Below, in pieces: positions 1 to 9,828 of a stretch of 64,000 bases of DNA; within the stretch, counting starts at the first letter, position 1, and each line of letters begins with the position of its first letter. The notes beneath the pieces were generated by a model. That model was not told the origin of the DNA, ran no database searches, and saw nothing but the letters and a program-made list of their open reading frames with translations. Position numbers and translations under genes: made by a program. The stretch is from Octopus bimaculoides (lineage: Eukaryota). The stretch lies in NCBI RefSeq assembly GCF_001194135.2, contig NC_068998.1, forward strand, positions 54,246,313 to 54,310,312. Direction: 5' to 3'.

Positions 1-1756
1 ACATAAAAAGCACCATGTTGGTACCATATACAAAAGCGCCCATTTACAAACTGCAAAGTGGTTGACATTAGGAAAGGCATCCAGCTCTAAAAACCATGCC
101 AAACCAGACAATTGAAGCCTGGTGCAGCTCTCCAGCTTACCAACTCCTCCTGTCAAACCATCCAACCCATGCCAGCATGGAAAACAGATAAAGTGCCTAC
201 TGTCATTATGGTAGAGGCTCATTTTAGCACTGCTTAGGAATCCTAATCCTAACCATCACCATCATAATCACAGTATTGGAAATTGTTTCCTTGAAAGTTA
301 AAGATTCTATTGATCGATAATTAAAGCAACTGAAGAATCAAGTTTTGGTTAAGAGGAATTGCTACCATTCAGGAAATTAATCCAGAACTGTTCAGATGCA
401 GGGGAAGCCCATCTTTTTATTTTTCTTCTATGTATTTTCTTTAATTCTTGTTTTGAAATGTGAAAGAACTGAACAAAACTGACAATTCCAAGTAATTTAG
501 AATTAATTTTATGGTTAAATAATAATAATAATAAAGTAATAACACTTAAAAGAAATTGTTTTGTCTTTTGGAAAACAGATTTGTTCTTGGCAATGACAAA
601 ATCTACAATGGCACCAGACTTATAGCAGATATTAACATATATTGAAACCATTAGTGTTCTTGTTCAAAACTCAAAGAATGAAAAAAAGCAATTTTTTTTT
701 TTTGATTCCTTTCATTCCGTAACAAATGATATGAAAGAGAAAAATATGTTCAAATGGTGCTTAAACGTGATTTCTTTGTAAATAAAATTAATTATCAATA
801 TTGCCAACATTTTCCATTGATTTCTTCCAAGGAAATAAGCTAGATGAGCACTGAAGCACATTGACACATATTGAACAGAAAGCCAACAGTTGACCGCAGT
901 AACATTACTCGAATCAACGATTACTCAAAAATTGTAGCAAATATTAAAATAATTTTTGTTTAAAAGATTGTACTGACAAGTTTTACTAAAATAATTCCTT
1001 CATTAAAATTTAAAATTCAATGTAGTTTGTACGGGTGCACATGCATAATTGTTCCCCCTCCCCTCCCACTACAGCTTGACAGCCGGTGTAGGCTTGTTTA
1101 CATCCCACAGCTTAGCACTTCAATAAAAAAACACCAATGGAATAAGTACCAGATTTAATAAAAAAAAAAGCGCTGGGGTCAATTTCTTTGGTTAAACCTT
1201 TCAAGGCAGTGCCCCAGCATGGTCACTGTCCAATGACTAAAACAAGAAAAGAATATCACCAAATTCTCACTGCCTGAATTATCCCCAGAAACAGACAACA
1301 AAACCTGCAAAGATGGGCTTTAACATATAAAAAAAAAAGAAAGACCAGGTCATTTCAAGATGAAAGCATAATTTATGCAGATATTCTCCAAGCAGAGAGA
1401 ATTAAAAAATTTTTGTCTAATAAATGAGATTAACTAAAGCAGAGATAAAAAGAGAAAAAGTAATATTATATTGTTTGTGATAAGGACAGCAGCTCAAATG
1501 TCAAGAACATGAGATGATTGTAAAGTAAGAATTAAGTAAATTCTGAAATGGTAACCAGAATAGAGAAAGGCAAAGAAGAGCTGGAGACCATTCACTGAAT
1601 ATCAGCACCAAGAAGCAGATAAAAATCTCTCTCAACAAAGCATGCTTCTAGTCTTAAATATTTCTAATTTTGGCACAAGGTCAGTCATTTTGATGGAAGC
1701 CAATTATATTGACATCAATGAGCAAGTGGTATGTACTTTATCAACCTTGAAAGCAT

Positions 1757-2250
1757 GAATGACAAAATTGGGCATAAGAGGCATCAGATATGGTGTGCAA
1801 GAGAGACGACTGAGCTGGTTTGATCATGCGATGCGTATGGATGAGGACAGGTGTGTGAAGAAGTACCGATCTCTAACTGTAGAGGGGACCTGTAGAAGAG
1901 AGAGACCCAGGAAGACATGGGACGAGGTGATGAAGCATGATCTTCAAATGTGGAGCCTCAAGGAGGTGATGACAAGTGATTAGGAGCTTTGGTGATTTGC
2001 TGGAGAAGACTTGTGAAGCCAAGTGAAATCATACTTGTGGACAGTGCTAGTGACACATGACAGCATCTATGCTGGTGATATGTAAAAGGCACCTACTACA
2101 CTCTTAGAGTGGTTGGCATTAGGAAGGGCATAAGGCCTTAGAAACCAAGCCAAAATCGGACTGGAATATTCAGCTCTCCGGCATACCAGTTCCTGCCTGT
2201 CTAACTCGTGCCAGCATGGAAAGAAGACATTAAATGATGATGATGATGAT
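1757..2250 (+). mobile_element. RTE-clade LINE 3' end (C-terminus of ORF2 plus 3' tail)
   Basis: ORF 1759..1983 LGIRGIR..VQERRLSWFDHAMRMDEDRCVKK..VEGTCRRERPRKTWDEV matches the RTE ORF2 C-terminus (RL.W.GHV.RM...GRP.KTW). It is followed by the shared tail ending in (GAT)n. Confidence 0.85.
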
Positions 2251-3274
2251 AAGAAGTGAAACAGAAGCAGTACATGTGTTTATTAGAGCAGAATGACCCT
2301 CCCAAGATACAACAAAATAAGGAGCAAAACTCTGCAGCATGATGTCATTAGGTAATGTTAAATGACCAATTTGGAATAGCAGACAATTTCAGTGATACAT
2401 GAAGGAATAATCCTTTCTACTATAGGCACAAGACCCGATATGTTAGGGGAAGGGGCTAATTAATTATATCGACCCAAATGCTCAACTGGAACGTATTTCG
2501 TTGATCCCAGAAGGATGAAAGGCAAAGTCAACCTTGGCAGAATTTGAACTCAGAATATAAAGAGTCAGAAGAAATACAGTAATCCCTCAACTACAGTCCA
2601 AAACCCCTCATCACCAGTAGACTCATTACAGTGCCAGAAAAAAATGCCATAGTACATTTCTTCTAGTTCTTAACATTCCGAGTTCAAATGCTGCTGAGGT
2701 TAATTTTTGCCAATCATCCTTTTGGGGTTTGATAAAATAATAGCAGTTGAAAGCACTCCTGTCAACCTAATTGACTTCCTCCTCCCCTCAAAATAGCTGG
2801 CCTTGTACCAAAATTAGAATTAAAGAGAAACCTGGCTGTTGTTTGTAACAGGTTCAATGACCACACAGAACCACCACCACCACCACCATACAGTGAATGG
2901 TTGTACAGTGTACTAATAACTGAAGATATGGCTCTACTCTAATTATAATAGTGGTCTCTGACAAAAACTGGCTAAACAGAGTCAATGGTGGCAGTCACTC
3001 CTAACTACTCTCTTCTATTTGTTCTCTCAACACAACAACTCCAAACATTTAGCCCAGTGCATTCTATTCCAGCCAACAGACAACCACCCAAGTAGCATTA
3101 AAATATTATGAAGGACAATTTCCAACAAAGACAGTCTATGGATATTGACAAAAACTATTCAAACTATGCTGAATTAATTAAGCTGCCAACAAGTCAATAT
3201 GACTAGACCAGCAGTTCAATAAGATTTATTCATTAACAATTTCTCTTTATATCTATATGCACTGTCAATACATA

Positions 3275-3520
3275 TCATCATCATCATCATCATTTAGTGT
3301 CTGTTTTCGATGCTGGCATGGGTTGGGTGGTATGAGAGGAGCTGGCAAGCCAGAGAGCTGCACCAGGCTCCAGTTGTCTGCTTTAGCATGGTTTCTACAG
3401 CTGGATGCCCTTCCTAATGCCTACCACTTTATAGGGTATACTGGATGCATTTTATGTGGTACCAACATGGGAGATTTTCATGTGGCACCAGCACAGGTGT
3501 TTTTTTTATGCAACACCAGC
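3275..3520 (+). mobile_element. RTE-tail-related short repeat family C (representative copy; biological orientation is probably the reverse)
   Basis: String (CAT)n-ttaacgtcc..ccatgctggcatgggttgga..ctggatgcccttcctaa(t/c)gccaaccac. Copies lie at ~8-190, 5540-5660, 14265-14450, 25665-25890, 27100-27305, 33140-33235, 34752-34890, 47705-47870, 52275-52430 and 58748-58930. The same tail follows the RTE fragment at 1757-2250. Confidence 0.8.
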
Positions 3521-3521
3521 A

Positions 3522-3556
<35 letters not shown>

Positions 3557-4139
3557 CATGAACAAAATTAAAAGAAGTTGTTGGACAGCACAGTGGTCAG
3601 ACATACGATCAAAGCGCTTTCCAATTGTGATCATCCCTTCTTGTTATCAAAACCACATTATTCAACATACCCTCCTACTTTTTTAAGATGCTAGGGCATG
3701 GTTTGAGGGAGATTTGCTGCTATTTCTAAAGCAACAGTGTAAAAGCATTAGCTTATCTAGAAATATCAATAAACTTCAAAATCCCTTAAAATTCAAATGT
3801 AGATGCTTCAATAAAAGTGGATTTGTGATATTTACAACATTATAGAATTAGAGAAAAATTTTAATTAGAATATGTGAATGGCATAACAAATTCCAGCTTT
3901 GATTGTTACCATTTAAAACAAACAAAAGAAAACTAACCTAACACATATGATTGTTTAAATAATGAAATTCAATTTATTGAGATTTCAAACAGTTTTTAAA
4001 AGTTCATACAAACAAAAGGTCAAATACTGTGAAATTTAGTTTAATTAAGTAAATGACATAAATAAAATTATAAAATTACATTTAGGGTCTGAAGACAGGA
4101 AACTTTGAAACGAAATGAAAAATAACACTAATACTTTTT

Positions 4140-4350
4140 ACTAAAGACACAAAGCCTGAAATTTGGGGGGAGGGGACAAGTCGATTACATCGAGTCCAAT
4201 GTTTTATTGGTAATTAATTTATTGACCCCTGAAAGGATGAAAAAGAAAGTTGACCTCGGCAGAATTTGAACTCACAACGATGCAATAGGCGAAATACCGC
4301 TAAGCATTTCATCCAGTGTGCTAACGATTCTGCCAGCTCACCAGCCTAAT
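4140..4350 (-). mobile_element. SINE family A copy
   Basis: Reverse complement of the family A string, ending next to an (AAT)n tract. Confidence 0.8.
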
Positions 4351-4909
4351 AATAATAATAATAACAATATTCAATATTTAATTAATACATGTTGCCAGCC
4401 CCAAATCACACTAAGCAATATCAGTCGACTGGACCTATGGTCAAAGGCATTTCAGCCATCACCAACAGGATGGGAGTCTCTCTAAGGATACTTACAAGTT
4501 GTGTGTGTGTGCGTGTTCCTCTAGAAAGTTGACAGAGATAATGTATGCATTATATTATTCAACCAATGATGGAGGGAGGTAGAGGGTGAAGGAGAAAATC
4601 ATTGAAGAGGGAAAGCAAGAGAAAAAAAGAAGAGTTTGGGTGGTGAAGAGGTTTCACAGCATAAACAAATACACACATAAATACATGCTTGTGGGAAACA
4701 ACAAACTAGACTCCACCCACAAACCCAAACGCAGGCCTAAATGTCAACAGATACCCTCTACACACACATATTGACCTACAAATATCTGTCAATATATTAC
4801 CAACACACACAGTGCTGAAGCACCCTTCACTCACAATTTGTGACAATAAAATTTTTTTCTCTATGGTCTTATATTGCACCTAGCTGTTTACATTAATTTA
4901 TATATACAT

Positions 4910-4962
<53 letters not shown>

Positions 4963-6295
4963 TATAAAGACAGAAGAAACTTATCTATATTTAGGTTGTT
5001 TTGTTTGTTTTTACATATTTGTCCCTTTCCTTTTTATTAATAATAGGTAGTCAATGGTGCAAAAATAGTTGAGGACCACTGTACAGGATCATAAGCCATT
5101 GACTTCCCCTCTGACTAAAAGATAGAAAATATAACTGATATTCATCATAATTAACGACTCCAACTAAATTTTGAGAAAAAAATCTCATTCAAATTGGTCA
5201 TCTTTTTAAATTTGCTTCCATTCTAATTTTTTTTTCTTTTTTAGTTGAAAGGTGTTTTTTACCCAGGTTCAAAGTCATTCCAGTCCTGACCATTCTGTAT
5301 TTTTGTTCAAAAGGAAATTTGGTTACTATTTCTAGCATATCAAAGACCAGGTAGAGATACCACATTCTCTCATGTAGCAATTGTTTAGCCCAGTGACTAT
5401 CAACCATTTTTTACCCATGGACCTCTTTAATTTCTAACCATTCTATATTTTAAAATATCTGACTATATAAATAAAAAGTAAATAGAATCCACTTATTTTC
5501 TGAAGCTCAGTTAAGGACTAAAATATATTCTATAATAACGTTAGGAAGGGCGTCCAGCCATAGAAACCATGCCACAACAGACAATTCGAGGAGTCTGACC
5601 AGCTCTATGTCAAACAGCCCAACCCATGCCAGTATGGAAAACAGACGTTAAATGATGATGACTGACAGTTTTGTCTCTGAAGGAAGCTTGTTTTTGTTCT
5701 TTTTTTTTTTTTTAACGATTCCTTCCTTCTACTAGAGGGAATAATATTCTTGGGCGGATACTTAATTTCTTAATTTTCCTTTTCATGGAATTCATGTTTT
5801 TTATCCTAGTTTTCTAGTTTCTGTTTGTTAAGTTTATTGAATAACAACAAACTGGCTGCCTTTGTTTACAGAGAGCCGTCATCGACCGATACATTTCAAA
5901 GTAAAAAAACATAGTAGAAGTTTAATGATTGTAGCCAGATGGGGAGAAAAACTAATTCTAAGATCGTTTCCTGGTTAGATACTGTTAGAGTGCAAGAGGG
6001 AGGGTAGCAATAGTACCAAAAACAGACATGTTGGTTTAATTTGTTTTAATGTAGATTTATCCGTTTAGTCACATACATAACAATTATCTACATAGCTTGC
6101 TTAGAAGGGAGATGTGTACGAGTACTTTGTTATACTGTTCGGACCCAATTGTGGTCTTCGGAATAATGCAACAGTACCACATTCATTTAGTACAAACACA
6201 CACTTCGTGTTAATACACACACGTCATTTTCTTCCTAAGTAATATAATTCGACAAGTGTACCAAAATGTTCGGATGTGTCAATATATTACACGTA

Positions 6296-6798
6296 CAACA
6301 TCGATTTTCCAGAAACTTTCGTCCCAAAGCCTTTCCAGATCACTGATTTTTCCGAACCAGGAGAAGACGCTTTTGTCACCACAGTCTAAATTAAACAAAT
6401 ATTAAATTTACTGAAATAATTAAATGAAATATGTATCTATCTGTTCGTTAGAATAAACGGGCGAAATTCTGCTTTAAGTACGCCATATATAATCCCTCGT
6501 AACTTTTTATTATTATTTTTTGGAATTTTCAGAAGACTTCTGTAAATGTGTGTTACACTCGGGGATTCATACTGAAAATTCCTAAGAATAAAGAAGTTAT
6601 GAAGGGTTATATGACATGCTTAAAGCAGAATTTCGCCTCCAAAAGATTGCAAGTTTATTAATACGGTACTGCGCAAGGTACTGCCGTGTGACAGGGCCAT
6701 CCAGTAAACTAGTCTCGCAACAGCGAGAGCCCCCTGCTTGTAAATTAGTGCGGATTATAAGGGGTTCCGGACATTCAGTGTCCGGAAAGTCGATGTTG
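6296..6798. repeat. Large degenerate inverted repeat (palindrome) centred near 6547-6552
   Basis: GGCGAAATTCTGCTTTAAG at 6460-6478 is the exact reverse complement of 6619-6637. GGAATTTTCAG at 6522-6532 pairs with 6572-6582. A 22-mer at 6296-6317 pairs with 6777-6798 (19/22). Confidence 0.85.
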
Positions 6799-9039
6799 CC
6801 AACGATTGACCTGAAGCTGACAAAATTGCTATTTATTTCACTTCTTTTGAAACACAAGAATAATGATCTCAGGGGTTGAATATTCCATTCACATAACATG
6901 GTGGATTAATAATTTTGTTCTCGTTTATTAGACACTGTTGTCCTCTATAATTATTACACCCTTGTTTTAATTAGAATAAAGTTGCTAGTATTTTACTGCC
7001 TAAAACCAATCAGTAAATAATTCAACGTATTCGATTTACCTGGTATAAATTTTAGATATCTTATTGAAAATTTATACCAATTGTAGATAAGAAGCAACTG
7101 CAGATAAAAAGAAAACAAGAATAAGAAAATGGGAGGAAGACTGATCGCAGATTTAGAAACTAAGAAAGTAATTTCCTGTTGTAGAATACCCTGATGGCAA
7201 TAGTTTAGATTTATTTACACTCACCACATACACACACGTACATATATGGGGTGGATTCGCAGAATCGTCGGAGCATTTGTTGAGGGAAGGATAACAAGCG
7301 GTATTTTGTTTCGGCTCTTTACGTCCCGAGATCAATTTTGCCTTTCATCCCTCCGAAATCGAGAAAATAAAAGTACCACCCAAGTATTATTAGCCCCAAA
7401 TAAGAAAGCATATATATATATACACACACACACACACGACAAAAAGTTTACAACGTACAATTTTGGTTAAACGATATAGGTATTCATATTTTTGCATTTC
7501 TGTCATAGCGAAAACATAATTTATGATTGTTGAAAGTTGTCAAAGAATCGAGGGACGTATGAAGTAAAAGTAAATGTGTTTTTTTCAATTAAGCTAAATA
7601 TAAACACTTAAAATTAAATATTGCATTTGAAAGGTGGAACATTTCTCAAAGTTTTGAAACATTCTGGTCCTAAAGTTAAGAGCATTTATATATGAATGAT
7701 ATCTACTTTTATATATAATCCAAAATATCTGTCGATTGTTGAAAATTTAAATGGTTTCTATTTTGGCGTCCACTTTCCAACAGTGGAAGACTATTGGACA
7801 GGAGTATGACTTTGTTTATATATTTTAAATTATTCTGAGACGAATTTCATAGCTTTAGCTTAACGATTACTATAAAACGTATTGCTAAATAAATATATAT
7901 TTATGTGTTCTATAAACATAAACACAGTCGGTCAGGTTTTTGCTAATCAATAATCCGCTGATATTGACTGACAGCAGAGAGGAAGGTCTAGAGGAATAAA
8001 TATACAGACTGGGAGGTCATTAACAGGGAAAGGTTACGGTTTCATTAACAGATGATATATTAATATTGTGATTATACAAAGAATACAGCTTGATAACGTT
8101 TGACGATTGAATTTTTGTAAGTTATAACTTGTATGCTGGCTAATATCCAATATAAACAAATATATAATTAATTTTTTTTATTTTTAGAATTGTTTTGCCA
8201 ATAAAATCTAATTAACGAGAGCAAAAATATAGACAAATATGATAATAATAATAATAATGATAATAAAGTCTGCCAATAAGATAAAACTAAAGTAATGTCA
8301 GTTTCTCTCTGAGCTTAATCACTTTTCAATAAAATTGGGTTTTATAGCAAATAAACTTTACAATGACAGACAGAACAGAGAGCCACATCTATACAAACAG
8401 GACTGAATTTTTGACTACAAACAATAAAAAAGAACATTACATCCATTGCTAAGAAGTGTCCAGTACAGGTATTTTAAATAAGTTTGAGACTTCAATAACA
8501 ATTATCTCCACTAGGTGAATGGGTTCATGTATAAACAGACTCAAGATTTAGATATCTGAAGCAAGCTATTGCAATTCTTTAAATATTTTGGTAAATAACT
8601 GGAGCTAATAAAGTAACTTTTAATTGTACGTAATAAAAATTCCAGGTTGAAGGAAATCGGACATTCTAAGAATTAAAAGAAAACATAAGCAACATATTGA
8701 CATATCTCCAGTCTGCACAGATATATATATATATATGGCTATAGGCATAAACATGTAACATATTTCTTTATTCATGATGGTAACAAGACATCCATAAATA
8801 TATTCAGACACATTTAAAGTTTAAAACATAGATCACGAAGAATATATCTAGAAGAGGAATTAACGCAACAGGAAAGACACTTGTGGCTGGAAACGATGCA
8901 AATATTATGTTTGTCTGATGACACAAAGTCATCGACCATAGCAATTAATGACAATTAATACATGGCTTTACAGCGACAGGACATGGGTTTTTCAGCTAAA
9001 TATATCTGAGAATGATGTAGTAAAGTGTTGACAACAAAC

Positions 9040-9124
9040 CAATTGCAATTTGTGAGGCAGCAGAATCGTTGACTCCGGCCAAATAGTTCTCCACAATGTT
9101 ACTCCACGTGCTGGAAGCGGCCAT
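9040..9124 (-). CDS. MMS19: Probable first coding exon of MMS19 (cytosolic Fe-S assembly targeting complex HEAT-repeat protein); the rest of the gene lies left of the window
   Basis: The minus-strand ATG at 9124 reads MAASSTWSNIVENYLAGVNDSAASQIAI+G, followed by donor G|GTTTGT (9040/9039). IVENYLAGVNDSAASQIAIG aligns without gaps to human MMS19 LVHDFVVGQQEGPADQVAAD (recalled sequence). Human MMS19 is head-to-head with UBTD1. Only 28 codons are visible, so the identity is not proven. Confidence 0.75.
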
Positions 9125-9147
9125 TTCTGTCAAGAACACAATAATTC

Positions 9148-9155
9148 TGACGTCA
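9148..9155. promoter_or_regulatory. Palindromic CRE (CREB/ATF) site
   Basis: Perfect TGACGTCA 24 bp upstream of the MMS19 ATG. Confidence 0.55.
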
Positions 9156-9639
9156 TCAATAACAGCGATCTATGACACATACACATACATGCAGCAACAT
9201 CAACACAATGAACCATGCAACACAGACACACATATACACACACACACACACACACGCTTTATAGCTACATTTATACTAAATAAACACATTAAAACCGCTG
9301 ACTTTTTTTTGTAAAAAAATTTCAGATATTTTATATCAAAATATCCGGTTTTGTTTAAATTTAAATTTATGTTATGGAATTTATAGAGAAAAAAAGTGAG
9401 AGAGAGAGAGAGAGAGATCAACAATATTGCAAGTTGCGTTTCTATAAATGTATATATAACATGGCTATAATAAATATTTATTATGGCTGGGTTTAAATAG
9501 TAATAAATGTGTGATGGTTGTATAATGCTGGAGTGGTAAGATAATAAAAGAAGGCATGGTGAGTGTCTGAAGGAGATCCATCAATTTTGACGTATCAAAG
9601 CACGTCCAGAGCTGTGACTGCGAACACACGGCGGCATTG

Positions 9640-9647
9640 TGACGTCA
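9640..9647. promoter_or_regulatory. Palindromic CRE (CREB/ATF) site
   Basis: Perfect TGACGTCA 114 bp upstream of the UBTD ATG. Confidence 0.55.
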
Positions 9648-9761
9648 TCGAACGAGAAGCAGGCAAAGTCGTGGTGGTTGTGATCGGCTGCACTTTGAAG
9701 GGGGTTCCCTCTACAAGCGGATTATTTTGGCTCAACTGTCCTCCACCTTTCCCTGGATGAA

Positions 9762-9828
9762 ATGGGAGGGTGTATTGGAGCACACAGAGACAACGGGCCA
9801 CCCTCTGGAGAATCTTCTGATGTCACGG
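9762..9828 (+). CDS. UBTD1/UBTD2: UBTD coding exon 1 ([22 protein letters not shown] + G), with N-terminal MGGC myristoylation/palmitoylation-type motif
   Basis: The ATG is in strong context (gaaATGg) and the donor is G|GTAGGC at 9828/9829. G+TT from exon 2 gives Val and restores the frame. It is not in the ORF track because it is short. Confidence 0.92.

Larger units (their letters stand above)
9125..9761. promoter_or_regulatory. Putative bidirectional promoter/5'UTRs between the divergent MMS19 and UBTD start codons
   Basis: A 637-bp interval between two divergent ATGs, locally CpG-rich. It has two TGACGTCATC sites (9148-9157, 9640-9649), a YY1-like GCGGCCATTT overlapping the MMS19 ATG, a (CA)n tract at ~9228-9254 and a (GA)n tract at ~9397-9417. 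Confidence 0.7.

Noticed and set aside
349-651. 100-aa minus-strand ORF as a possible downstream MMS19 exon
   Set aside because: It has no similarity to recalled MMS19 segments, contains an (AAT)n tract and lacks convincing splice sites.
1583-1596. 14-mer GGAGACCATTCACT identical to UBTD exon 2 (53191-53204)
   Set aside because: Isolated 14-mer matches are expected by chance in 64 kb and the match does not extend, so it is not a pseudogene.
5930-5981. Minus-strand ctaacag|TATCT… reading VSNQETILELV, loosely like MMS19 exon 2 (YTVLQVV)
   Set aside because: There is no GT donor at the expected distance and the similarity collapses after LELV.
6783-6880. GGAAAGTC resembling the RNase MRP/P CR-I motif
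   Set aside because: The P4 partner is missing: GGAAAGTC is followed by GATG rather than CCC and there is no convincing CR-V.
6597-6899. Overlapping ORFs 6597..6899(-) and 6616..6879(+), including a Walker-A-like GHSVSGKS mirrored by GTKVSGKS at ~6300-6325
   Set aside because: The peptide resemblance follows from the DNA palindrome, the frame is not kept between arms (2-nt indel), and no family is recognisable.
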